Shown here piece after piece: positions 25,647-38,532 of a stretch of 64,000 bases of DNA (positions are counted from its first letter, which is position 1; each line of letters starts with the position of its first letter). The position numbers and the translations under genes were made by a program. The notes beneath the pieces were generated by a model. That model saw nothing but the letters and a program-made list of their open reading frames with translations, searched no databases and had not been told where the DNA came from. This DNA comes from Rhizophagus irregularis. Lineage: Eukaryota. The stretch covers positions 2,046,001 through 2,110,000 of the forward strand of contig NC_089436.1 of assembly GCF_026210795.1 (NCBI RefSeq). Direction: 5' to 3'.

Positions 25647-27262
25647 ATGGCGGACAAAGATAAAGATTTAGAAGATAATGAAGTAATAACCATTGAAAAC
25701 GATGAAGTTGTTAATAAATATAAAATGGCAGCTGAAGTTTCGAATTGTACGTGTTTTATATAATAGTAATTGTGATTTATTCACATGCTTGGAGATAGCG
25801 CTTTAGTTAGAATATCACAGTGGAAATAATAAGAATACAAGGGAGAATATTTAATAAACCTTCTTCAAAATACTTTTAGGCGTGCTCAAAAAGGTGGTTG
25901 AATCCGCTGTGGATGGAGCGAAAATTATTGATCTTTGTGCAAAAGGCGATAATTTAATTGAAGAGAATGTAAAACTTCTCTTTACAAAAGCAAAAAATAT
26001 TACCAAAGGTAACAAAATTTTTTAATTTTAAATTATGTACTTTTCTTGTTAAATTTGCTTTTCGATTTGTATAGGTATTGCATTTCCAACTTGTGTATCA
26101 GTGAATCATATTATTTGTCATTTTTCTCCATTACCGTCCGATCCGGATAGTTCAGAAGTTTTAAAGAATGGAGATGTGGCAAAAATTCAGTTGGGAACAC
26201 AAATCGACGGATTTGCAGCAATCGTAGCCACTACAATTGTTGTTGGAGCATCAAAGGAGAATCCTGTTAAAGGGCGCAGAGCGGATTTATTGACAGCTGC
26301 TCATTTAGCTTCTGAAGCTGCACTGAGATTGATAAAGCCTGGTTCGGGCAATATGAAAGTTACTGACACAATACAAAAAATTGCTAAAGCTTTCGATACG
26401 AATTCTGTGGAAGGTGTGAGAATATTATGCAAAGATTTTTTCTTTAGATGAAACCTTAACGTAAAATTTATTTTATTATAGGTATGTTATCGTATCAACA
26501 AGAAAAAAATAATATTGAAGGTAAGAAGCAAATCATTCTCAATCCGAATGAAAATCAGAAAGTTGATAAAGTAGAATTTGGTGAGAACGAAGTATATGGT
26601 GTTGATATATTGATCTCTACTGGTGAAGGAAAGGTACGTTGTATTATTAGAGAATTTCTTCTATAAAATCATATTCTTTAACCTTTTCTTAATTTATATA
26701 GCCTAAACCAACAACTAAACGTGTTACAGTGTATAAAAAAACCGATATAACTTATTTATTGAAGTTGAAAGCTTCTCGTCTTGTATATAATGAGATTAGT
26801 CAAACATTTGGAAGCTTTCCATTTCCTTTAAGAGCTCTGAGTGATGAAAAAAAAGCTAAGATGGGCATAATTGAATGTACTAAACATTCGTTAGTAGCTC
26901 CATATGAAGTTTATCAAGAAAAAGAAGGCAAGCGTAAAATTTCCTTATTAGATATTTTTTAAAGTGTTTATTAAAAATTTTTACGTTTTATAGGAGAATT
27001 TGTTGCACAATTCTTTAGTACAATTTTATTAACTAAAAATGGAACTAGTATAATCACTGATACCTTATATGACCCAGAAACAGTTCAAAGTGATAAAAAA
27101 TTAGAAGATGAAGAAATTTTGCAATTACTATCTACTAGTGTTGGCAAACCGAAGAAAAAGAAGAAAAAGAAAGCAAATACTGCTTCAACTGCTGCTGGAA
27201 GTGATAATACTATCAAAGAAGAAGTTGTATCAACTGAGGTATCAGCTGAAGCAAGTGGTTAA
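25647..27262 (+). CDS. PA2G4: Proliferation-associated protein 2G4 / EBP1 / curved DNA-binding protein (inactive M24 fold)
   Basis: VVNKYKMAAE, KGIAFPTCVSVNHIICHFSPL, LGTQIDGF, GRRADLL, EVYGVDILISTGEGK, LKLKASR, FPFPLR, EKEGEFVAQF, C-terminal KKKKKK. Confidence 0.94.
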
Positions 27263-27530
27263 TGGATTTTTTTATTTCGTATCGGAGTATCAGTAAATAA
27301 TAGTTCAGAGGTGATTATAGTTTTGTTTATATTTACTCTTTTACTAATGTAAGTGTAGATAATGCTTTGCATGAAGTAAGTTATTACATGTTAATAAAGT
27401 GTAATAATTCAAGTATTTATAAATCATTCTATTTCTTAATTCGATCATTATTAATATCCATTATAATTACCGAATATTATATTACAAATAAATAAATATT
27501 TTTTTGCAAATTCTACTATGAATAATAATC

Positions 27531-28912
27531 TTAATCGTACCAATCCAAGAATAATAAAATGAAACTAGCTATTATTAAAAAGATTAAAATCCATTTTCTC
27601 GTATCAGAAGCTCTCTGTCTTGCTTGATGCAACATTAAATTTCCTTCTTGTACTCTATCAGTAGTGGCAATAGCTTCAGCATATAATTTATCTGTTTGTT
27701 GTGTTTGAACTGCTAAATGATTTGAAAGAACTGTTTGTAAATTTGATATCTCTAATAATGCTTTTTCTGCTTGACTATTAAATTACAAAAATAGAAGAGT
27801 CGGTTAATGGAATGAAGAATTTCCCTATTATAAAGCCCATAAACTCACTTGACTTGCTCCAGAGCAGTAGCTAATTCTTTCATCATTGTTTCATTTTCCA
27901 TTTCCAACATCATTTTTTGTTCTGCTGTTAAACTTTGTTCTATTTCATCATCCTCTTCTTCTCCTATTGTACCTCTATTTAATCCCCTATCATTTTTTTC
28001 TGATATCTCCTTTTCTTCATTTATCATCATTTGAAGTGAAGGAGTAGAAGGCCTAATTGAAGCTGACTTATATAATGTACTAAACACAAAATTTAAGTCT
28101 TGTTGATAAATTAGGAAATAACTTAAATAAATGATTGAAATATTCACCTCTCACGTTTTTCGATTTCTTTCATGATCCTAGTTTCCTGTTGGTCTTTTTG
28201 TATTTTTGATATTTCAGTTAATCGTTTGTTTAAATACCATGTTATACTACTGCGAATGGCTGCCAACATATCATGCTCAATCGAAAAAGCCGTTGATAAA
28301 AGTTTATTCCATGTATTATTCATAATTGAATTTTGTCGTTCTGTAATAGTATAATATTTATTAATTAACAAGATAAACTCGATAAATCCGACATTTGAAC
28401 CTACTTTGTTCAGACTCTTCCAATTTCTTGATTCGATCTAAACATTGTTGTATAACAATTTTAGCATGTAAATCAATTTCATCCCGTTCTTTATCTGTTA
28501 AAGTTGTAGAAGGATCAAATTTCGTTAAAAAAAATTTATCTTTATTATCGGATGCAGATGGACTAAGATAATTATAGACAGGTTTTAACTGCCGCGAAGA
28601 AGTATTTAAATAAGCTTTTCGAATTGAAAGTAAAAATATCTTTAAATTATTGATATGGAAAGCCTAAAATAAAAAGTAGACGCAGAAACAAAAATAAACT
28701 TAATATTTTAAATACACTTTGTTAAGACTGTGGATGATTATTCTTACTATTCGGTAAGCTTCTTTTAGAAACTCGTCTTGTACTTCTCTGGCATTCTTTT
28801 TAGCTGGTGGCAATATATCATTACGTTGTTTCTTTTTCTCTTTTTCTAAAGTAGAATTATTACTTAATATTTCAGTGACTATTTTTCTGAATTCTGAAGT
28901 CAAGTCGACCAT
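27531..28912 (-). CDS. STX18: Syntaxin-18 / Ufe1, ER t-SNARE
   Basis: MVDLTSEFR, DEFLKEAYRI, LSIRKAYL, LTDKERDEID; SNARE motif QAEKALLEISNLQTVLSNHLAVQTQQTDKLY...GNLML; C-terminal TM RKWILIFLIIASFILLFLDWYD. Confidence 0.92.
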
Positions 28913-29030
28913 TTTTTTAGTTGTATTTTTCTCGATGATCACAGTGTTTTATTGTTATATCACGTGACATATCTCCAAAATTGTCTAAATAGTGATTTTT
29001 CGCGATCTCGATTTTCTCTTTAGGATTCAA

Positions 29031-30855
29031 ATGGCGACATTATACCGTTCTTTTAATACAAGCATTTCTCGCATTCTCGAAAAATCAACAAACAGAATAG
29101 CTTTTTCGGTAACTAGATAAAACATTAATTTTTCTTATAAAATTTCTTATGCCAAACCTTCTCTTTTTACCTTAGCCTTTATATAAACCATATCTTACTT
29201 CAAGTTTAAAAAGATATGGCGTTTTCTCAAGGTCCACGTTAGAAGTTAAAGGCTGGGTTTACAGTCCTGAAGTCTTTGAAGCTTTACAAGGAAATAAACC
29301 CCTTGTAGCTTTAGAATCTACCGTAATAAGCCATGGTATAAATAATACAATTCCTCGTAAATAAAAAATACTTTTTAACTTCTCCCATTGTTCAAGGTAT
29401 GCAATATCCTCAGAATTTGGAAACAGCAGTAGCAATTGAAAATATAGTTAGGGAAAATGGTAGCATACCTGCAACTATAGCAATTTTAAATGGAAAAATT
29501 AATGTAGGCAAGTTCTTTATCAATAATAAGATTTTATATATTTCTAGTGATAATTGAATCTAAAGTTATTTCAACCTATAACCTATACAGGTTTGTCGTC
29601 TAATGGATTAGAGACACTTGCACAAATGGGACAAAAAGCAAGAAAAAGTTCTCGTCGAGATCTTGCATATGTTGTTTCACAGGTAATCATATTTATGTAT
29701 TTGAACGTACTGGAATGACTAGGTGATAATTTCTTTTTAAATTAGGGATTAACAGGATCTACAACTGTCTCCGGAACAATGGTTATAGCTCATCGTGCAG
29801 GAATTAGAGTGTTTGTTACTGGTGGCATAGGAGGCGTTCATTGGGGCGCAGAAAAATGTAAGTGTAATAATAATATTATTATTATCAAACGTGTTCATTC
29901 TCATTATTTTATAAACAGCTATGGATGTAAGTGCTGATTTGGTTGAATTGGGAAGAACTCCCGTAGCTGTTGTGTGTGCGGGAGTTAAATCAATATTGGA
30001 TATTGAGAAAACTTTGGAATATCTGGTGAGAAATTAGACTTTAATATTATATTAAGCAATTATAATTAACATTTATTTCTTAATTGGTAAGGAAACTCAA
30101 GGTGTATCAGTAACAACATTTGGGGAAACGAGAGATTTTCCAGCCTTTTTTACACCAAGGAGTGGATTTATGGTAAGTAAATGTTTTGTATTTAAGGGCT
30201 TACCTATAATTGAGATTTCTTATGAAGTATTTGTTAGATCAGAATGTAATGAAAATTTCGATTTGGTTAGACAATTTCCTTTTCTTGAAACAGATTCCTG
30301 ATATTATTGCGATAATAATATTTTATTATTATTATTATTTTTAGAGTCCATCAAATTTGAAAACTGTAAAAGAGTGTGCTGCTTTAATAGGTATATCTTT
30401 TTAGGATAAAACTTTTTTAAGTGATGAGTAATTTACATTTAAATAATAAGTTTTTTAGATGCAAATATACAACTTCAACTAAATAGCGGAATGCTTATAG
30501 CAGTACCAATACCCGAAAATGAGGCTGCTGATGCTAATAAAATACAGGAAGCATTAAGTATTGCTTTAGCTGAAGCAAAGTATATATAATTATTTATTTT
30601 GTAACCATTTTATGTGCAATGATTTATTGTTTTAACATAACACATTTTTTAGAGAAATTAGTGGAAAAGATATAACCCCATTTTTGCTTAAAAGAATTAA
30701 TGAAATTACACAAGGGGATTCTTTAAAGTCAAGTATGTATACAAAAAAATTAGTTAATAATAATCATATTAATTTTATTTATTTTTATAGACATTTCATT
30801 ATTAAAAAATAATGCTAAAATTGGAAGTCAAATTGCAAAATGTTTGCTAAATTAA
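29031..30855 (+). CDS. psuG: Pseudouridine-5'-phosphate glycosidase (PsuG/IndA family), possible mitochondrial presequence, no kinase domain
   Basis: [98 protein letters not shown]; stop TAA at 30853-30855. Confidence 0.92.
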
Positions 30856-31098
30856 TAAATCAGAAAAGGATGTGAGTAAAATTGATAAGGACTCTTTATG
30901 AATAATAATATATAATTTTTAAATAAAAGAAAATTAAAGAATATGCGATAAAATATTTTTAAAAAATTATATATTAATTTAACCAAATAAATATTTTAAA
31001 TAAATTTGGTATTTTGAAACCAATTTTTAAAATTAGATTTTATTATTTAGTTTTAAATCTTTTAAAGTTTAAAACTACTTTTAAACTTTTTATTAATA

Positions 31099-31259
31099 CA
31101 ATTAGACCTTTATAATTGCATATTTCTTGGAATTATATGCATAATTTTCATTTAAAGAGTGTGCATTTATAGAGGAAAATAATTAGATATTATATAAGCT
31201 TAAAATTGAATTACATAGTAGATGCAATTATAGAACGTGTAACTATAAAGGTCTAACTG
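31099..31259. mobile_element. Tc1/mariner-type MITE with TA target duplication, related to 56566-56762
   Basis: TA|CAATTAGACCTTTATAATT ... AACTATAAAGGTCTAACTG|TA; internal TAAAGAG..GTGCATTTATAGAG shared with the 56.6 kb copy. Confidence 0.75.
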
Positions 31260-31604
31260 TATTATATAAAAATAAATGTATATGAAACAACCTATTATAT
31301 ATCTTATTTTTAAACCAAAAATGTTATAATACATCATTAGCAAAAAAATTTACTTTTTTTGGAAAATTATATAATTTTGTATTATACATTATTACAAATA
31401 ATATTTTTACTTTTTTGTAAATATATTATATATAATAATTATAAAATAGTATAATGAAAAATGATACTTGAATTATTTTACATAGTATTGTAATTTATTT
31501 TATTTATAATATCTAAAAATTAAAAATAAAATGTTTTAACTATAATAATTTTTAAATTATTTATAATTATCTAATTATTTTTTATCTTATTATTTTAAAA
31601 AATA

Positions 31605-34600
31605 TTATGTAAAAGTAATTCTTTTTCTTAATATAATTACATAGCTATTTCTATTTTCAATTTCTTTTTTTTTACTGTTATTTATGATTAAACCAAAGTC
31701 ATTATCATTATGAGGACAAAATACAACCATTCTTCCTACTTTTAGTCTCATAACTTTACTCAATAATTTCTCAAAATTTACTTCTGAAAAAGGAATATGT
31801 TGTAAAAGAAACTGAGACCATAAAGGTGATGAAAAGTGATGGAGTAAAAGAATATTTGATTGTAACAATATAGGAATAGGAATTGAAGTTGGCTCATATG
31901 TAGTTATAATTAGACTCACTTTGTGATATTGTGGATAGGATTGAAGATGATGTATTGTTGTGGCTAATGATGTATTGGCTACTAGAAACTTTATAATCAA
32001 ATGAAAGTAAAGATTTTAGAGAGTATTTTTTTTGAAAAACCTTTTTAGTAAAAACTATTATAATCATTTCTTTTTTTCCAATAGGAATAAAATATCATAA
32101 TTATTTTACTATTAAAACGATCTAATCTCGATTTGCTTATGTAAGGTAAAAGAAGACAGCAAACTTACCTTATGGGCTTCATCCAAAACTACAAGCTTAC
32201 GAACATAAGATTCAATCTCAACCACACTTGATTTTAAATTACACCGGGTATAAATTCCAAGAATAATATTAAAAAGTTCTGACGCCATTTTAACACCAAG
32301 TAAGGGATCACTCAAGTCAACAATCACTGCAGCTCCCGGTTGGAACAATTCTTTTAATGAAACAAACTTATCAATAAAACTTTTAATTTGTAAATTTATA
32401 TTATCTTTCAGCTTTTCAACAATAAAAGAATCTAATTTGCCCAATCGCGTTTTGAGAAAAGTTTTCACTTCTGGATTGTTGATACATCCATTATATAATT
32501 GAATACAAAATTCGTTATAATTAAACTGGCTATTTGTATAAAAACATAGAGTCTCATTAATCAATGCTTTAACCTGTTCGTGAATTTGAGCATCCCCTCC
32601 TTCAACATTTATCCATGATTTTATATCATTAATACATAAATCATTTTCAGAAAATAACAAAGGGATAACCTCGCAATTACCGATATTTGCATATAATCTT
32701 AACATATTCTGATAATTGGATAAAGTCACCAATATAATAACTTTTTCTGCTCGAGTGTCTTGATCAAACATTTTGGAATGCTTAGCTGACGTAGCAATTA
32801 AAGCACTTTCACAAGGTAGAGTCATTACACTGTTATCATATCGGAATATTAAAGCCGAAAAAGGAGAATTTAATTTGCCAAGACGCGTATTCTTGATCAA
32901 GAAGCCTTCTAGAATGGTATTCTTGGTTTGATTCACACCAGAATTAGGAAGACCCGTAATAATCATGGAAAATGGATATTTTCCATTTAAGTAAATTATT
33001 TCATTTGGCAATGATTCCAAAGTACCCAAACTCGTGTAGCTATTAAAAAGTGAACGCTTTGTTTCCAACAAAGAATGACAAAACAAATGATTTTGATACG
33101 ATATATCTTCAGTTGAAGACTCGTCGCTTATAATTAATTCTTGGATATCATTCTCTGTATTACGGGCTTCCTTCGGTTGATTACTCAATCTATTCATTTG
33201 AATAGAAATTAGAGTTTCGGACAGAAAAGGTTTGGGAACTTGTTCATTTATTATAGGAGATGTTTCGGATTTGGATATTGTCAAGGATTGAACATTTGTT
33301 GGAGACAAAGTAATAGGTTGAAGAGATATTGGAGTTTTAGACTCGAACTGAGGAGGTTTAATCTTTGAAGGTTCAAGTAGTACAGGTGATTGAGGGGCTG
33401 ATTTACCAACTTCTGATGATATCGCAAATATATGTGTTCGTGGAGATGTATCAGATTCTATTGACTTTGTATTTACGTCAATTATTGACTTTTCTAAAGA
33501 TGGTTTCTCCTGATCTTTAAGAATCTGAGCGTTTGGGAGAGTTAATTTATTTGATTTTGTTGTTTTTCTTTCATTTTGTGAATTAACTTTGTCGGTAGAA
33601 CTTACATTATCATCAATCGCTGTATTTAATTTTAGTGCATCATAAGTGATCCATTTTTCATTTTCAAAAGTCTCAAGTAAGAATTCTTCGCTATTTTGTA
33701 TAAGTTCAACCAATTTGAATTCTGGAAATGAATTATTCCAATTTAAATGTGAAACCAAAACGCGTAAAGGAACTTTTCCATCTTCAAACATGACATATTT
33801 GCGAACAAATTCTTTTGGTGAAATTTCGTTCGGTGCAGATTTATATTTAACTAAAATATCAATTGGGCCTTGTGAGAGTACAAACTCCGGATAATCTTCC
33901 AGAAATTCAATCAACTTACAATCAAGATGTATATATTTCTTGTTAAGATAATCGTAAACCATTGAAATTAATACTTCGCCGTTTCCCTTCAAATATTGAC
34001 GGAGAAGTCGAGCAATATCGACATTATGAGATTGAACATGTAATTCGGTGTCCCCAGTTAATTTAAAGTCAGATAAATTATATAAAAAATCTTTCAAATT
34101 GTTGCGTGGATACATGTTTCGGAGTTTAAGGTAATCTTCCATAGTTGAAAGTTTGGTTTTTCCAAACTCAAATAAATATTTACGTATGTAAGAGATAATA
34201 TTATCATCTGTTGGTTTGAGACGAAGATAGAGATTTCCATCAACATTTTTAGATATTAACTCACTAGAATATGAATTTGCAAATTCGGGAATCGAAAAAG
34301 TTGGTAAATTTTTATATGTTTTCAAATGCTCTTTAATTTCCGTTACGGATGCGATTGTTTGTTTCATTAGAAATTCACGAATTAATTGAAGAATCGAATT
34401 ATTACTATTAGTGTTAAGTAGAGCGGAAACCACTGGTTTTGATGGCTGAGGTTTCATTTTTATATAATAATACTCATTCTTGAGGAAACATTCAAATGGA
34501 TCTTTGCAACTTTTGAGAAATTCTTCAAGCTCATCGGTGATGCATCCTTCTATTCCTCTTAGGGATATAGACAATTCGGTGCTAGATACACCTTCGTCTC

Positions 34601-35378
34601 TTCCTTGTCTAATGATATAATCTTTTATCAGTCGTTCTGTTTGAGAAAACCGCCTTTTTATCATGGTATTTGAATTTTCCGTTATTTTTATTGATGGATT
34701 TGCAAGTTTAATACACGTAATCCCTCGTTCAGAAAAAATATGAAAGAATTCCTTATGTTCGCGTAAAAAATTTTGAAATTCTGAATCATTTATTACGCAT
34801 TTCGATTTCATATGTTGTTCTAAATCATAGATCGAATCAACTAAAAATGAATTGAGATATTTCTTTGCACATTCTAAAGCTTTACTTTCTCTAGCAATAT
34901 TTTTTGGAAAAGTTTCAATTGATTTGTTTTGAGGAGTTCTAGGTTGAGAAGATATAGGTAATGTTATTCGCATGGGAAGAACTGTTGAAGAACCTTTAAT
35001 AGTTTCTCCATAAAACAAGCTCTCTGTGTTCAATTCGCTATTTATGGTTTTTTGTAAACATGGCTTGAGGAATTCCGCTTGTTGAAGCTCTATCATATCT
35101 TTAATATAAGAACCGTTCCCAATTGAACTTCCATTAAATGCAGGTGCTATCACTTTTTTAAGTTTAACCTCTACGGAATTACTTGGTGATTTGTTAATTT
35201 CGAACTCGTCTTCATGTTCTTGTACTAACTTAGAGAGGTCCTTACCGCTAATTGAAATATTTTGAGTTCCTAGCCAAACTACTAAAGATTCAATGTGAAC
35301 GCTCCAAGAAAGGTCACCTTCAAAGTATTTCCTAATTGAATTGAGAACTTCTGTATTGTTATCTACAATTTTTGACAT
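31605..35378 (-). CDS. Large protein: ~7 tandem winged-helix/LOTUS-like repeats, low-complexity linker and degenerate HerA/FtsK-like P-loop domain; 2 exons
   Basis: 1088-aa ORF spliced after LVVLDEAHK (donor at 32168) to FLVANTSLATTI...IITTYEPT...LLHHFSSPLW (ORF 31605). P-loop region YLNGKYPFSMIITGLPNSGVNQT. N-terminal ~60-65 aa repeats of pattern I(R/K)xYL..G...hsxl...L......LxEFLxx. Confidence 0.8.
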
Positions 35379-35687
35379 TTCACCTAAATATTTTGTAAAG
35401 GAAAATAAGATGATTTCCGTTTTATACTTTTGTGACCCCTCGGAAAAATTCTTTTTTCATTATCCAAATTTGGTTAACGGAAACTACAAAAAAAGTAAAT
35501 AGTCCAACGCCAAATTTTTCAAATTTATGTGCCCCTTTTGTATGTGAAAAACCCATTTTCTATTTTTCTTGTTGAATAGTAAGTATTAAGTCAATTATTA
35601 TCCAAATTTCCTTCCACTTTTTTTTTTCTGTTATTGAGTGATAAAAGCTATAAATTCGACGGTGATAAATTTATAAGTTTCGCTAAG

Positions 35688-35872
35688 ACGCGTTGAGCGG
35701 TGGTCGGTAGATACCTTAGACATTATACCCTAACGTGACCTATATATACCTATATATAGGCCAAGAATTATATTTTGTGCGCCCACATCTGATGAATCAA
35801 GAACGATATATTTGCAATTAATAAATTAATACTACAACCAGGTTGACGCGTTTGATCAGAATAAATTCGCGC
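35688..35872 (+). promoter_or_regulatory. MCB-like elements upstream of POT1
   Basis: ACGCGT at 35688 and 35846, and TTCGCGC at 35866, within 220 bp of the POT1 ATG. Confidence 0.5.
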
Positions 35873-35904
35873 TTTTGTTTTTTTAAAAAAAACGTTGAAA
35901 TAAA

Positions 35905-38187
35905 ATGAGCTCTGTCTCAAGTTTAGATTCGGAATCAGGACAACATTCAGATGAAGAGGTTCCAGAAACTTTAACAGACGAGAATGTTAACGTTAGTTTG
36001 GTATGCTTTTAATTGTACATAATTCATAAATTAGTATATATTTCACGTTTTTACATTGGTTATAAATAGACCTCAGAACATTCTCCTGTTAATGGTTTCA
36101 TATTACTCCAAAAAGCTCGATTACCTGGAGCTCTAGTTAACGTCGTGGGTGTAGTCGTCTCTTACACCCCGAATAGAAAATCGAGTGGAACAGGTATAGC
36201 ACGCGAATAAAGTATTTCATTTGAAACATTAATTAAATTTTTATTTTCGTTAATAGATTATACGTGTTCTCTTACACTGGTTGACCCATCAATACCTAAT
36301 AATGTTAAAGGAATCTCCGTTAATATATTCCGATCCCGGAAAGAACACTTGCCAGACTTAAGCGTTGGTAGTATTTTTATAGGAAAACATCTAAGGGTAA
36401 AATTTTTAAATAAATTATTCAATCATTCTATGTGTTATTTTAATCAATCTTGGATTTAATAGATTAATACGTTTCATGAAACCACGCAACTCGTGGCGAC
36501 GAAAGAAGAATCCACGTTTAAAGTTATATGTGATGTTGCAAACCAAAATCAGCAATTTCCTTTTAACATGCGACAGCATGCCAAAGAAATTATGGCGTAT
36601 GCCAATTATCTGAGACGATGGTGTGCATCATTATCGAATCCAAAAGTCGGAAATTATACTTCCATAACCTCGTCCAGACAAAGGAGAAGAATTGAGGAAC
36701 TTTCGCCTCATATATTTTTCGATTTAATTGCCGAGGTAATTTTATATGTCTTATTGCTTTTACTTTTTGTAACTTTCTAATAATTGTTTACCGTGTTTTT
36801 TTAACCAGGTTGTAATGGTCTATCCTACAGAGAACGCCGTGGATCTTTATGTCACCGATTTCACCGAGAACAAACGTCTTGGCAATCGAGAATATAGGAC
36901 GAATACTCCTTATGGCCTTCCTAATGAAAGCATTTTGCAAATCACATTATGGGATGAACATGCTGAAGATGGTGAAGATCTTCAGATCGGAACATTTGTT
37001 CTGTTGCAAAATCTGCATGCGAAAATTAATACAAATGGCGATCTAGTGGCCGCTTTACATGGTGATAGAGAACTCAGAAGAAAAAAAATCAATGTATTAG
37101 ACAAAAATGATGTTGAGATTGCCAAGCTTATTCGGTATGTAACATAAATCTGGTAAATACTTACATTATCTCACAATTTGATATATTTTATTAACTATGA
37201 CAGTCGAAGGAATGCATATTATGAAGAGCATCAGAATTCTTTAGAATATCACGAAAGAGACTCTTCCCCTGAGCTTGAATCTGACACAACGGAACAATCA
37301 ATAACGAGTATATATTTAAACAAATGTTATCCTAGTATTTATTCTATAAATTTATGCCTTTGACTTATTAAATAATTTAGGAATCAAATGCAATAATAAT
37401 ATTAAACTTACGGACATAGATGATATAAAAGATTGTCCAGAGGTTGGTATAAACTGATGATTCCGTTAATCTTTAATTAGGTTATATAATAATTTTTTTT
37501 TTTTACTTGTTTAGCCTGTAGGTTTGTTTCGAACTCGTGGCCGTGTAATTTCTGTTATTCCCTCCAATTTTGAAGACTTTTCTCGACCATACTGTCATAG
37601 ATGCAATAAAATGTAAGAAAAGCATGAACTTGTCACCTTATATATCTAAATATTTACTAAATTAAGTAAACGTTCCTTTTCCCAGAATGAATTTTGCAGA
37701 GTACGAAAATTGTACGCAATGTTTTAAAAAATTAAAAGTATTTAAATACGATTTTGGTTTATTATTTGAGGATGAGCTTGGTGCGGGAACTCTTCCGGTA
37801 TTAATAACAAACGAAGATGCGGTAAATGAATACAAGTTATCTATTTTGCATTTGCATGTTAAATTGTTTATTTTTTAATAAATTTTCGTTTTAGAATACA
37901 TTTTTGGACGGATTGCCTCCAGTAAAGTACGTATTATTTCTACTTATGTATTAAATTAATTTAAATTATTTAATTAATAATTGCTATTTTATTTAAGTCT
38001 TTATAAGAATCCAATGTTTCTTCAAAAGTTAAAAGATCGAATGCACAAACTGTTGGGTAATGTCTTAAAGAGTCAAGCAAGTTGTGGGCCTTTAATAGAT
38101 TTTTGTGTAATGTCTTATGAGGTGGAAGATGAATGCAATAAGTTTATAAGGATATACAAAATGTTTGATACCATATTAGAAGACTAA
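35905..38187 (+). CDS. POT1: Protection of telomeres protein 1 (OB1, OB2, C-terminal OB with CxxC...CxxC)
   Basis: VNVVGVVVSYTPNRKSSGTDYTCSLTLVDPS, VNIFRSRKEHLP, FFDLIAEVV, LYVTDFTEN, LQITLWDEHA, FVLLQNLHAK, ALHGD, FRTRGRVISVIPSNFEDFSRPYCHRC, YKMFDTIL. Confidence 0.88.
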
Positions 38188-38532
38188 TAAATGTTATTTC
38201 CATTATAAAGAATCTATACTAATAATTAATGGTTGAAAACATTTTTATTAAAAATTTCTACGTTAAAAATCAAATTTCTATTTTAGATTCGAGTTTGCTA
38301 TAATGCTAACAGTTTTTATTACACGGTTAAAATCGATGAATAACAAAAAATTTAAGGCCTGAGATTTATTTTAAGATTATTCGGCTTTTTAAAGATCTTT
38401 TTTTATCCCATAAATTAAATAACTAAATATGTAAAGTAAATCACTGATTTAGAAAATTTACACGTTTTTATCGCAACTTATAAGAATGATTCTACTCACT
38501 CCCAACAATATTTTTTTTTAAACCCGTTCAGG

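Noticed and set aside
35726..35736. TACCCTAAC telomere-like word in the POT1 promoter
   Set aside because: Too short for a template (not 1.5 repeats) and no associated structure; expected by chance.
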